From positions 15,941 through 79,940 of the forward strand of contig MCFE01000409.1 in the NCBI GenBank assembly GCA_002104905.1: a stretch of DNA of 64,000 nucleotides, read 5' to 3'. Position numbers and translations under genes: made by a program. The notes beneath the pieces are model-generated. The model did no database searches. It saw nothing but the letters and a program-made list of their open reading frames with translations, and was not told the DNA's origin. Numbering within the stretch: the first letter of the stretch is position 1; the number at the start of each line of letters is the position of its first letter. This stretch comes from Basidiobolus meristosporus CBS 931.73 (Eukaryota; Fungi; Basidiobolomycota). Below are positions 12,506 to 26,033 of the stretch, piece after piece.

Positions 12506-13832
12506 TTGACAAGAATTGCATGCAAGTGACAAAGAAGCACTTAAACAGATGAAATCAGATCTCTTCAGTAAGTTTGAGTTGAAAGATCTGGGAGAATTGA
12601 GCTATTTTCTTACAACTGAAGTGAATTTTGACATGCCCACAAAGAAAATTGTACTGAATCAGTCCAAGTACATCAGGGACATTCTTAGACGCTTCAAAAT
12701 GGAAAATTGCAAGCCAGCAGCTACCCCTCTGGACAATGATCTAAAATTGAGCAAATCTCATCCAGTTTAGGTGAAAATGGCTCAAATATGTACCAAGACT
12801 TTTGCTATGAATCAATGATTGGTGGCCTAATGTACTTGATATTGCAGTGGCAGCTGGACTAGTTTGTCAATTCATGCAGAATTATGGATCAGATTGATTT
12901 ACAGCAGTTAAGCAGATTTTCAGATATCTACAAGGTACCATAAATATGGTTTTGGAATACTCTTGAGCAGCTAATAGGCAAATATGACATGGTAATAGTG
13001 ATTCAGATTGGGGTAGAGATCTGATTGACAGATGCTCTACCACTGGGTATGTATTCCTCTATGCTAGTGCAGCTATAAATTGGGATATGAAGAAACAACC
13101 AACTGTGGCCCTATCTACAACTGATGCTGAATATATGGCTGCTTGCCAAGAAACTAAGGAAGCTATATGGCTACAGTAAATATTCAAAGACCTAGGCTTT
13201 AATTCAGATGAACCAACATGTATATACAAAGATAATCAAAGTTGTATTGCATTAGCTAGGAATTCTACTAATCATGCTAGCCCTGAACACAAGAATATAC
13301 AACACAACTTTGTGAGGGAAGCTGTAGAAAATAACTTAATAGAGTTAGTTAACCATCCAACTGACAAAAAGGTAGCAACTATACTGACAAAGCCCCTACC
13401 TAGACCACAATTTGAGAATCTCAGAGAAGAATTAGGATTAAGAAATTACCTAGTTGAGGGGGAGTGTTGAAATATTGGACTTTTTGGTATCATTCAGCAG
13501 CTAAAAATTTACTTAATTGTTCCAGACTAGTCTTGGCCACTTTAGGACTTATTTGCAGCCCCAACTTTGCCAGTTTCTTCACATCTATGATCCTATGATT
13601 ATTTTCCTATAGTGTAGTTCAAATAATACTTTTTACCAAACAATATGTACTAACCCTGAAACTGTGATAGAATGCTCCTGAGTGTTGAGAAACCCTCCAT
13701 ACTTAGTCTTACTGCTGTATTACTTCTACAGTGGTATAAATGCTGACTTCTCTATGAATAAACAACAGTTCAACTAATATCACCATATTTTAACAAGTTC
13801 CTAATATCCAAATCACTTCTTAGATTGCAACA
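12506..13832 (+). mobile_element. Ty1/copia family A 3' fragment (RT end, RNase H, PPT, 3' LTR 13465-13832)
   Basis: Translation SDKEALKQMKSDLFSKFELKDLGELSYFL. PPT GAGGGGGAG is followed by a TGTTG...CAACA LTR. Confidence 0.85.
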
Positions 13833-14285
13833 ATATGGCAGGAAACTTAATGATGTATTGATAGCCTCTTGCAGGCCTCTAAAGATACTATAACGGCAGT
13901 ATGGTGGCCTACAGCTAGCTCTGTACAGTGCTACTGTGCTAATTACTAAATGATATTTCCTTTTTCTACCTCCCCTTATGCAATTCATATATTCTACTGT
14001 GGAATTACTCCTCTTCAATTGCTTACCCACTACTCCCTTGGCCATTTCACATATATTTCAAACCAAAAAATACTACAGCCTGCTGCTTTCTTACCTCTAC
14101 AAACATGCAAATATGCTGCAATCAATATTACTTCCATCCCCTCAATACTGCAGCTTTTAGTGCAACATTTGCAAAGTTGCTGTATACCTTGTAATGCAGG
14201 TAACACATACTTCTTGCAAACATATGCTTGGTTGCCACCACTTCTGCTATGAATATCTTTTGAACACCCACAAAGAGCCTTTTAG

Positions 14286-14652
14286 TGTTACAAGTCTTGA
14301 TATAAGAGTTGTAGAGGAATAGGGAGTATAGCTAGTATTGTATTCACTAAAACTTGAACTGATTTTCTTGAGGTTCCAGCAGCTCCTTATATACATTTTG
14401 CCAGATCAATTGCTAACTAATTGTATTTCCTAATGTAGGTTGTGGCTGATGACTCATTTGATTGCATCATCATCACCCAATGAGAACCTACTTAATATAT
14501 CTATTTCTGTCTGATAAGGATCTGCTGATTCATTTGCTGACTAATGCTACTGATTTCATAGATAATACTGATATACTGATAACCTAAACATATACTAATT
14601 GATTTGACTAAAAACTGATCTAACTTAAACATTCAAGCGGCAGATCATAACA
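14286..14652 (-). repeat. Solo LTR, family C (4-bp TSD TTAG)
   Basis: Roughly 95% identical (by eye) reverse complement of 4151-4518, with TTAG on both flanks. Confidence 0.85.
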
Positions 14653-17230
14653 TTAGTATTTAGCCAGTAAATTCCTTTTCCTTCAGGATTATAGTCCCCA
14701 TTATAGGTACCCATTGGCTCTTGTTTTTTTGAGTTCTGTATTGAACAGTGTAGAAATTGGCTTGTGACCCTGAGGAATGCAACATACCTTGGTAGAGTTT
14801 TCTCAATAAGAATCAGTTGCTTGTTGCACTCAACCTGACTTTGAATTACTTAACTGATTACCCACACATTGTGGCTGCTTAGCTTGTAAATGCCATAGGC
14901 ATTGTTGTCTATATGTGAACATCTTTCCTCAGTATTTTCCAAATTTTCCCAGCTGTGCTCAATGTGCAAACCCATCACATGAATGATGGATTTGAAGGTA
15001 ATACTCTTGATGAGATTATGATATAGTAGCACCTGCAACTTGACTTGTCTTCCTATCTCCCCACACATCTGCTCCACAGCAAGCACCCAAAAGGTGAAGC
15101 AAGGTACAATATTCTCAGCACAACAAAGCAGATGGAGCAGCATATAGATACGGTAGCAGAAGAGATATATGCATTCAGCTTTGTGCTTGTAATATAGCCA
15201 CATAAATCCTGTCACAATCTCTTTGGACAAAAGTTTTAGATGTGCCAAGTTGGCATTGGTGATTTGCTTTTGATTGAATATTCTAAAATATCACTCATGA
15301 CTCCCAATTCTTCCAATGTACTCTTGGTATAAATGGCTTCAGGAGGCCACTTGCATAAGTACCTATCTAGTTCATCCAGTCCTTACACTTGTATTGTTGT
15401 GTATACATATGAATATTGATTTGAGCCTGTGAGAAGTACTTAAGGTAGCAGATACTGTACAATTTTGGCAATTCTTCTTGGCTATGATGGTACTCAGTCT
15501 ATTCCAGGCTTATGGCATTTCTTAGTAAGAACTGCAGCTTTTTTCCTACTCTTTCCTGTCTGTTGTTTAGGTAGACTTTTTCCCTTTACCTTTTCCTTAA
15601 TCACTGCCAAGTTTTTCACTGTTACTTTGTCTGATTTCTTCTTGTAATTAACTGTGTTCACCTTGATATATGCTGCTCTGATGCACATGCTTTGGTCTGA
15701 TTATCCCTTGCTGGCACTTGGCCAGCAACCTGACATTCTTTTCCACTTCTTTCAAGCTCGCAGCCCATGCTTTGATGGGCTTCTGAGGTAACCACCTGTT
15801 TTGCTCACTCTATCAGCTACCTGATGTCTTTTTGACAATTTTTCAGAGCTTTTGGCACTGCTTATAAAAGGCTCTTCAGGAAGCCGCAGTTTTTTAGCAA
15901 TTGTGCCCTTGTTATCTGCCTTTAATAGTTTCAGTTACTCTTGAGATACTTTCTCAGCATACTAATGCTGGACCAAAATCTGTTTGCGTTTTTGAACTCA
16001 GGATTACACTCATGAAGAAAGTTGGGCACATCCTTCTTAGCCTTGGGTTCCTGATGGTACCATGGTATTCCAGCCTTGAGATGTTGGTAAACCAGACTTC
16101 TAACAGCCTCTTGAATCCTAGTGCACTGTTCCTTATTGCACTCAACTGCTTCACTGATCTTCAATGTCTAATGATTTTTGCGCTCTGATGTATACACCAC
16201 TTTGTCCCCATTCATGCTGTGATGGGTTTTTCTGTTGGCTTTATCATTGGGCACTGATGTTGTGCTTCAAAGAATCTTTGTTGTTCCTCTGTTGTTACAA
16301 TGGTAAATGGCTCAATTCTTGGCTGTGACATTGAGCTACTTGAGTTCCTTCTTTGCAGCACAGATGCTGCTTTCTCTACCTTGGATATTGATTGCTGTAA
16401 ACTTTCTATCTGCTAATTTCATTTCTGGACTATTTCCTGATTTCTCTGGGCCATTACATTTATCCTATCAGCCACTGCTCCTAATTGCCTCACTATTACT
16501 TTGGTATGAGCTGACATCATACTTGGTAATACAGGTGGTGGTAATGTTACAACAGCCACTTGCTGGTCTTCAGCTGAAGGTATTGCTTTTGCTTTTTTCT
16601 CAACTGCTCAAGTATTATTTTCACCTTGCAGCTCTATAGAGATTCTCAATAGCCTAGCTGACTGAGAGCCTGTGGAATCTACATTACAACCTTCAGTGGG
16701 CACACTATATATCAAAGCAGTCTGTTGTCCAACTGTTCTTCTGCTGCTGCTATCAGTGGGATTTGGTTGGTAACCAGACAACTGTGCATTATTATTTGGC
16801 AGCATATATATGGAAGTGAGTCAAACCAAAGGGGAAATGGCATTACATATGCATGAGTATGTGGTGCCATAACCATATTTATAATGCTTACTTTGGTGAA
16901 TTATCATTAAATCTTACATTCAGGTTGGTGCAATGTATTAAATGCAAGACTGTCTTAAATTCACCAAAGCACTGACAAAAAAGTGATATATTGGTGTTAT
17001 GTTGTTGAGTGTCAAACTGTTTGCCCCACAGACAAGACTACCTTGATGCAACACCGTAAGGGAAGAGAAAAAAGACCATGTGGCTCTTGTAGCAAGCCTC
17101 TCAGTCATGAAGCACGCAGATAGCATAGGAAGAATTACAAGGGTGAAGGCCGGTGTTTTGCCACACAAGTCATATTTGACCATTCACCAGTCACTATTGT
17201 ACCAGCAATATCTTGCCTGCTTCTTGATAC

Positions 17231-20200
17231 TGTTGAAATATTGGACTATTTGGTATTGTTCAGCAGCTAAATATTTACTTAACAATTCTAGGCTAGTCTT
17301 AGTCACTGTAGGACTCATTTACTGCCTTAACTTTGCCACTTTCTCCAGATATATGATCTTATGATTATTCCCCTATAGTCAGGATCAAATTAGCACTATT
17401 ACCAAACATTATGTACTAACCCTGAAACTGTTACAGAATGCTCCTGAATATTGAGAAACCCTCCCTACTTAGTGTTGCAGCTGTATTACTTCTACAAAAG
17501 TATAAATACTGAGCTTCTTTATGAATAAACAACAGTTCAACTATTATCACTATTTCTTGATAAGCTCCTTATATCCAAATCACTTCTTAAATTGCAACAG
17601 GTTATGAGCCCCGATTGCCTTAATCTATTCTAAAGATGACTTCTACCAGCAAACAAAGCAATACCAACATCTTCCCTGTAAAGGAGAGGTTTGATGGGAA
17701 GAACTACAGACTTTGGAGAATCAAGATGCAGATCCACCTTGAGGAAAGAAAGCTTTGGAACATAGTAACAGGAAAGGAAGTTGAGCCCAAAGGAACAGCA
17801 GAAGATGTGGAGAAGTTTCAAGAGAAGGAGAGAAAGGCCTTCAATGCAATATGCATCAATGTGCAAGACTCCTTCATTGGACAAATCCTTGCCTCAAATA
17901 CTGCCAAAGCAGCATGGGAATCCTTAGAGAAGATCTTTAGAGCAAAGTCAGTACCAAGCAAGCTTTATTAGAAACAAAAGTTCTTCAACATGAGAAAAAA
18001 GCCAGATGATGACATGCTACAACTCATTACCAGAATGGAGACACTTGCAGAAGAACTTTACAGTATTAATGCTGGTGTAGATGATGAAGAAAAGATACTC
18101 TGTCTGCTTTGCAGCCTACCAGACAAGTATGAGCCACTTATACTTTCTTTTGAAAGCAGAGAAGACAACTTGACTTTAGACTATGTCAAAGGAAGACTTC
18201 TCCATGAAGAACTCAGACAAAATGATCAAGCAGAGAAAATTGAAGGTAATGCTTTATTCAGTTCAGAAAGGCATACAGAAAAGAAGGGAAAGCAACAAAA
18301 CCAAAGAAAACCTGGCTGCTGTAACTACTGTAAGAAGCCAGGACACTGGGCAAGAGAATGCAAGAAGAAACAAGCAGACAAAAAACAGAAACTAGAGCAG
18401 GCAAACCATATAACTACTGATGAACAGTTATTTGTCACTGTACAAGAGAGTGCAAGTAACCAAATTAATGAATGGTTTATTGACTCTGGAGCATCACAGC
18501 ATATTTGTGGTATAAAGGATTGGTTCAGCAACTTAAAGACAACTCCCATAAAAAAGGTTTATCTGGGAGATAACTCTGCATTGGAAGCTGCCGCCAGTGG
18601 GTCTATGCAACTAAATAAGAGTGATAACTCAGGAGCAACAACAGCAAAGCTGACTGACGTACTCTATGTACCTGGAATAGCTAAGAACCTACTCTCAGTC
18701 AGTAAAGCAACTACTCAGGGACTGAAGTTTGTTTTTACTAAGCTGAGCTGCTCAATATTGAGTGAAAATGGACAAAAATTAGCTTTGGGAATTAGAGATC
18801 ACAATATATACAAGTTACAATGCAAGATCATTGTACCTGAGTATGTCAACATTGCTGAAACTGATGAAACCAACTGGGAGACGTGGCATAGGAGGCTAGG
18901 ACACATAGGGGAACAGAAAATGAGCCAATTGGTGAAAAATCAGCTTGTTTTGGGCCTAAAATACTCAATTCCAATCAAATTGAATGTTTGTAAGGGATGT
19001 TCATATGGCAAACAAGCTAGGCAACGTTTCAAGAGCTCAGAAGGCATCAATACCACCAAAACATTGGCTATTGTACACTCAGACATATGTGGCCCCATGA
19101 GAACAGTGTCCTTTGGAGCCAAGAGATACTTAATGACGTTTATTGATGACAAGACAAGATATACATGGGTGTACTTCCTCAAAACAAAGGATGAAGCTTT
19201 AGAGACGTTTAAGCACTTCACAAACATGGCAGAGATACAAACTGGGTGTAAATTGAAGGTACTACAAAGTGACAATGGACGAGAATACTGCTCAAAGGAG
19301 TTTGCAAAATACTGCTTGTCTACTGGTATACTCCACAGCAAAATGGAGTAGCAGAACGTTCAAATAGAACAATAGTAGAGATGGGAAGATCAATGCTATA
19401 TGATAAGGGAATGGACTACAAGTTTTGGGCTAAATCTGTTGCTACTGCTGTATACATCAAGAACAGATGCCCAACAACAGCACTACATGATTCTACACCC
19501 TTTGAAGCATATACAGGCAAAAAACCAGATCTCCAGCACCTCAGGATCTTTGGCAGTGATGTTTTTTATCACATACCTGACAAAAAACGCTCAAAGTTGG
19601 AACCAAAGAGTAGAAAAGGGATCTTTCTTGGGTATTGTGAAGATACTAAAGGGTATAGAGTGTATGATGGCAAAATTCAGAAGCTGATCAAGAGCAGGGA
19701 TGTTGTATTTGAGGAGAATTCAGATTAGAAAGCCACAGAAATCATTGGCCAGCTGCCTGATGATGCAATCAACACAAATGAAGAAGATGCGTACCAAATC
19801 CAGCCAGAGATGGAAGATACTTCTACCAGTTCCAGATCAGAACAGATTATCCCAATTAGGAGATCTACCAGAATAAGAAATGCCCCTGGATCCTGGTGGC
19901 AGACATCCAATGATCATGAAGAAGCTTATCTTGCCTAATGTGCCAAACCTCAGAATCTGGAACAGGCAATGAAAGGTCCAGATGCTACTAAGTGGCAACA
20001 AGCCATGCAGGAGGAGTACCAATCACTGATCAAGGCAAAAACGTGGGAACTAGTAGATTTACCAAAAGGAAAAAGCCAATTGGATGTAGATGGGTCTACA
20101 AGATCAAGATAACCTCGATGGTGCCGTTGATAAGTACAAGGCTAGATTGGCAGCTAAAGGCTATTCCCAGATCCAGGGACTAGATTTTAAGGAAACATTT

Positions 20201-21887
20201 GCTCCGGTTGCCAAGTTTAACTCTATTAGGACAGTTCTAGCCCTGGCAGCTGTACACAGTCTAGATCTACACCAAATGGACGTCAAAACAGCCTTTCTAA
20301 ATGGGGATTTGCAAGAAACTATATATATGGAGCAACCAGAAGGTTTTACCGATCCAAAAAGCCTCCATAAGGTGTGCAAACTTAGAAAATTGTTGTATGG
20401 GCTTAAGCAGGCACCCAGAGCATGGTATAACAAGATTGACACATATCTAGAGGAAATTGGGTTCTCTTGTAGCACTGCAGATCACAGTATATATGTGAAA
20501 CAGCTCAAAAGGGGTGTGACCATCCTAGTTCTTTATGTGGACGACCTAATTATAGCCACAAGTGATCAAGAGGCACTTAAACAGACAAAATCAGATCTCT
20601 TCAGCAAGCTTGAGATGAAAGATCTTGGAAAATTGAGCTATTTTCTTGGAATTGAGGTCACATTTGACATACCTACGCAGAAAATTGTGCTGAATCAGTC
20701 TAAGTACATCAGGGACATTCTTAGACGCTTCAAAATGGAAAATTGCAAGCCTGCAGCAACCCCTATGGACAATAACCTGAAATTAAGCAAATCTCAGCCA
20801 GTTATAGATGAAAACGGTTCAAATATGGACCAAAACTTTCCCTATCAATCAATGGTTGGTAGCCTAATGTACTTGATGGTGTCTACACGTCCAGATATTG
20901 CAGTAGCAGTTGGAATAGTCAGTCAATTCATGCAGAATTATGGTTCAGATCAAATTGCAGCAGTTAAGCGGATTTTCAGATATCTACAAGGTACCATAAA
21001 TATGGTACTGGAATACTCTGGAGCAGCTAATAGGCAAAAACTTGATGGTTATAGTGATTCAGATTGGGGTAGGGATCTGATTGACAGACGCTCTACTACA
21101 GGCTATGTATTTCTTTATGCTGGTGCAGCTATTACTTGGAATTGCAAGAAACAACCAACTGTGGCACTATCTACAACTGAAGCCAAATATATGGCTGCAT
21201 GTCAAGCAACTAAGGAGGCTATATGGCTACAAAAATTATTCAAAGACTTAGGTTTTAATTCAGGTGAACCAACATGTATTTACAAGGATAATCAAAGTTG
21301 TATCTCATTAGCTAGAAATCCTACTAATCATGCCAGAACTAAGCACATTGATATACAGCTTCACTTTGTGAGGGAAGCTGTAGAAAATAACTTAGTGGAG
21401 CTGGTTTTGCCCAACTGACAAAATGGTGGCAGACATATTGACAAAACCACTAGCTAGGCAACAGTTTGAGATCCTTAGAGAGAAATTGGGATTAAGAAAT
21501 TATTTAGTTGGGGGGGAGTGTTGAAATATTGGACTATTTGGTATCATTCAGCAGCTAAATATTTATTTAACAATTCTAGGCTAGTCTTAGTCACTGTAGG
21601 ACTCATTTACTGCCTTAACTTTGCCACTTTCTCCAGATATATGATCTTATGATTATTCCCCTATAGTCAGGATCAAATTAGCACTATTACCAAACATTAT
21701 GTACTAACCCTGAAACTGTTACAGAATGCTCCTGAAAATTGAGAAACCCTCCCTACTTAGTGCTGCAGCTGTATTACTTCTACAAAAGTATAAATACTGA
21801 GCTTCTTTATGAATAAGTAACAGTTCAACTATTATCACTATTTCTTGATAAGTTCCTTATATCCAAATCACTTCTTAAATTGCAACA
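17231..21887 (+). mobile_element. Full-length Ty1/copia element, family A (4657 bp)
   Basis: 369-bp LTRs (17231-17599 and 21519-21887, TGTTG...CAACA) with 8 differences counted by eye. Perfect 5-bp TSD GATAC, PBS GGTTATGAGCCC and PPT GGGGGGGAG. Confidence 0.97.
17636..21510 (+). pseudogene. Copia-A gag-pol polyprotein with several lesions
   Basis: Motifs in copia order: gag (FDGKNYRLWRIKM), zinc knuckle CNYCKKPGHWAREC, protease WFIDSGAS, integrase WHRRLGH and HSDICGP, RT LYVDDL, RNase H YSDSDWG. Stops at 17969, 19726 and 19936; frameshifts at ~19330, ~20070 and ~21405. Confidence 0.93.
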
Positions 21888-24193
21888 GATACTTCTATAA
21901 CAGTACCAGACTGTACTAGTAACCTTGTGCAAACTCAGTTGAGTGAGTTTGAGATGCCTTTAGGCTCCCCCAGCCTTCTTAGTATGGCATGCAGAGTGAT
22001 AGCTCTGAAGAAGCAGTCTCATTGACGCATTGTGTGGATATCTTCCCTAACAACACTTCACTGCATGAGCCTGGCAGAATTCCATTATGCAATGAAACAG
22101 CATCCATGGAAAAAATGTCAACAATACTTTATGGAGTTAAGTAAGCCATGTAATCCATCTTCTGCTGAATGATGTGATTTTGTGACTAGATAAGTGGTGC
22201 AATTCCACTGATATCAGTAATGATGGCTTTGGGGATTTACTGCTGCTTCTTGCTAAAATTGTGCAGGGATGCAACTTACCATGTACAGAATATAAATGGA
22301 CAACAGTCATGTGGCTGGCAGCATATGAACCAAAGACTCTCCTGATATCTGCAAGTGTTGAATGTTACGCAGCATTTACATCAGAAAATGCTGCCACTGT
22401 AGGGTATCCAACTTGTCAGGATTGACCACTATTGGGGGAAACATTGCTCATACTCAAGATATACTCCATTAGTACCCCATCTAAAGAAGCTCATGCAGTC
22501 CAACAAATTTTGTGAAGTTATATTGTGTCTCACTCAGTATTAATCAAGCACAAACATATACAATAATACAATGGCAAACATTACAAACAGCTATGAAGTA
22601 AGGGCTACTTTAAAGGTATCGGACCATACCTGTGCCTTGGCATTTGATGGATTCTGATTAAACAAGTAATCTACCATCAAATCCTTCTAGCCACTGATGT
22701 TCATCAACCTGAAGCTGCTGCCTCTCTTGTGGTATTGGAGCAGAAAGCTGATGGTAGTCTCACTGGTATCTGGAAGTAAACCACTGCCTAACCTGGATAG
22801 CTACCTATATCCATTCCTGGATGCATTTTGTATGCATTTGAGTAGAGTAACAGTAAATGGCCATTGTGTCAATGCACATATTATTATCTACATTGAAACT
22901 ACCCCAGCCATCAGCAAGATAGCCAGCTTTTCAGGACACAATGGATGGTATTGCTGTCAAATGTGTGAGATCCTGGTTACCTACTCCATAACCTACACAT
23001 ATTATTAATGCCTAAACACCAATGCTAAGAATTTCATGTTTCCAAAGAGAGAATTTACAGTTGTCAGCATGTAACTGCAGCAAAGTAGGCAAGCTATAAG
23101 TCATTGGCTGGAATATGAAATTAATCAGAAATTGGAGTTTTGCAACATAGCAGGTATCTATTGGAGCAAAAACTCTTCACTGAGAGCAATGAATTTGCTT
23201 TTTGACAATATCCCTATTCTGATGACCAAGTGGTACATAAGGTGTTTCAACCTAAATAAGCCCTATGAAAAGTAGTTTGGTCCTGCAGGAGGATCCAATC
23301 TGCATCAGCCCTTAAAATCCCAAGAGGAAACTGCTTTATATGTACAAGCTTGAAATTAATGACCATCTACACAATCTTATGCCAGGATTACAACAGCACT
23401 TGGCAAACTTTACAGCCAAGTAAAGTTAAAAAATATAATGCTATATGTATACTATTTTGCCAAGACATGCTAGCACTGTTGCAGACTTAGTGCACACCAC
23501 AACTATATGAGTGGATCTAGCTGGCCACTACATCCAATTGCCTGCTATGCCAAATATTTAATGGTGTTTTGACAGCCTCATTGTGGGCCTCTGATGGTAT
23601 TATTTTGGTGGTATGGCAACCTACATCTAGATATATATGATGCTACTGTTTCAATTTACCAAATGGTATTACCTTTTTCAACTTCCCCTTGCCCAATTTA
23701 TATATTCCACTGTAGAATATCACTCTTTATTTGCTTACCCACTACTACCTTTTAGTATTCCTTGGACAGTTCAAATCAAAAAATACCATAGCCTCCTGCT
23801 TACCTCCACAAAAATGCACAGCTGCCACAACTGACATACTGCTATCACCTCAACTTTATGTCTTTTTAGTGTGATACTTGAAAAGTTGCCATATACCTGG
23901 CATTGCTGGTAACGTACATATCTTGCAAACATATGCATTGTTGCTGCAACTTCTGCCATGAGTACCTCCTGAATATCTGCAAAAAACCTTTTGGTATTTT
24001 GCCAATATATTCCTTCTCCCTGCTGGATTCTAGTCCCCCATATAGGTGTGCTCTGGCTCTTGTTTGTGTGAATTTTGTATTGAATAGTGTAGAAATTGGC
24101 TTGTGACCAAGAGAACACTGACATACTTTAGTAGAGTTTTCCTAATAAAATTAGTGCTTGTTGCACTCAGCCTAACTCTGAGTTACCTAACTA

Positions 24194-24563
24194 TGTTGCA
24201 ATTTAAGAGGTGATTTGGATATATGGAACTTATCAAGATATAGTGATATTAGTTGAACTGTTGTTTATTCATAAAGAGAATCAGTATTTATACCTTTGTT
24301 GAAGTAAAACAGCTGTAACACCAAGTAAGGAGGGTTTCTTAACAATCAGGAGTATTCAATAACAGTTTCAGGGTTAGTACATAATGTTTGGTAAAAAGTG
24401 TTAATTTGATCTTCACTATAGGGGAATAATCATAGGATTGTAGATGTGAAGAAACTGGCAAAGTTGAGGCTGCAAATAAGTTCTACAGTGACCAAGATTA
24501 GTCTAGAATTGCTAAGTAAATTTTCAGCTGCTCAATGATACCAAGTAGTCCAGTATTTCAACA
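24194..24563 (-). repeat. Solo LTR of copia family A
   Basis: 370-bp reverse complement of the copia-A LTR. Flanks AACTA and AACTG are a 5-bp TSD with one transition. Confidence 0.9.
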
Positions 24564-26033
24564 AACTGAGTACCCATGCATTGGGGCTGCTTAGCTTCTT
24601 AATGCCATAGACCAAGCTGTCTTCCTGTACACATCTGTCTGCAGTATTTTCCAACTCTTCCAGGCTGTCCTCCATGTGCCAACTCATCACATCCATGACT
24701 TGAAAATAATATTATTGATGAGATTGGGATATGGTAGTACCTGCAACTTGACTTGTCTTCCTTTCTTCCCACACATCCACTCTAAAGGAAACTTCCAATA
24801 GGTGAAGCAAGGTCCAATATTCTCAACACACCTAGCAAGATCAAGTAGCAAATGGATACAGTTGTGGCAGAGATCTCTGCAATCAGCTTTATGTTTGTAG
24901 TAGAGTCACTCAAATCCCACCACAAACTCTTTGCAGAAAAGCTGTAGGTGTGTCAAGTTGGCATTGGTGATATGCTTTGGGATAGATATTTCTACTATGT
25001 CCACATATGACTCCCTATGCTTCCAAGGTACTCTTAGTAGAAATGTCTTCCAGAAGCCACTTGAGTAAATAAATAAGCAGATCATCCTGTCTGTGCACTT
25101 GAATTATTGCATATGTGTATGCATGTTGATTGGAGTGCATGAGAAGTACTTAGGGTAGCAGATACTCCGTAATATCTTGCTAATTCTTTGAAATTTCTCA
25201 GGCATCTCAATAGGCTCATTTTGCTTGAAATGCTCCATGTACAACTTGGTCATAGTACTAGGATATTGTTGAAAAGCAAACACATTATTCTCAGCAAAAA
25301 GCTTTTGCTTCAACAGATACCCTCCATCTTTAATATCTCTGGTTTCCTATTGATTCCATATTTCAGCCAATGGCTTGGAGCTTGCCAACTTTGCTGCAAT
25401 TGTATACTTCTGTATGTTTTCTCTGTGGAAGGATGATGTGTCTATTACTGATTTTGGGAAATAGTAATGTGTCAGGTATGCAGTAAGCTCCATGGATCTT
25501 GCACATTTGACAGCAATACTGCCCATTGTGCCCAGTAAAGCCAGCTATCTTGATGATGGTTGGAGTATTACCAATGCAGATAATAATATGTGCCTTAATA
25601 CAATGGCTGTATACTGTTTTCCCAATTAAAAGCATATAGACTCATCCAGCAATGAATACAGGTAGCTATCCAAGTTGGGCAGTGATTCAGGCCCAGATAC
25701 CAGTGAGACTACAATCAGATTTCTGCTCCACTATAATAAAATCCCTATAAGAAATTATTTTGATGATCCCATAAAAAGGCTGTCACAAGTTTAAAGTCCC
25801 ATGAGTAAGAGGTACTGATCCTGTCAGAACACTGTGCATAGACCATTGAGAAATAATTTCACCCCAGATTTCACAAAAAAACTTACGCAAAATTTTTCAT
25901 CATATCAATATATTAGTGGCTTTTGATGGGTTTCATGTCAATTTGCTTACTCTATGATCCCAGACACTTGACCACCTCCTATGTTTGTGTGCACTGATTG
26001 GCTATTGCCTCTTGTTCACACTTGTTACTTACT

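Larger units (their letters stand above)
12312..15470 (-). mobile_element. CMC/EnSpm left-end fragment with transposase 3' half, interrupted by a copia-A piece and a family C LTR
   Basis: Degenerate TIR CCCCTGAAAGATAATTTGGTCCC at 12312. ORF 14850-15248 gives PCFTFWVLAVEQMCGEIGRQVK. Confidence 0.75.
15470..23260. mobile_element. Inverted CMC/EnSpm copy (ORF2 minus, transposase plus) hosting the full-length copia-A; cut at 23261 by another CMC copy
   Basis: ORF2 remnants at 15470-16805. Transposase remnants at 17030-17230 and 21888-23260 (PLMFINLKLLP...SLVSGSKPLPNLDSYLYPFLD). Confidence 0.8.

Noticed and set aside
9165-13832. Copia-A 5' half (minus) and 3' half (plus) as one element broken by an inversion
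   Set aside because: The flanks do not form a matching TSD (TTCCA versus ATATG) and the two LTRs are only ~75-80% identical.
25738-25742. AAT flanks of the 25743-33609 element as a proven TSD
   Set aside because: The two flanks are ~130 bp apart in the intact transposase, so the match may be coincidental or reflect an adjacent deletion. It is kept only as apparent.
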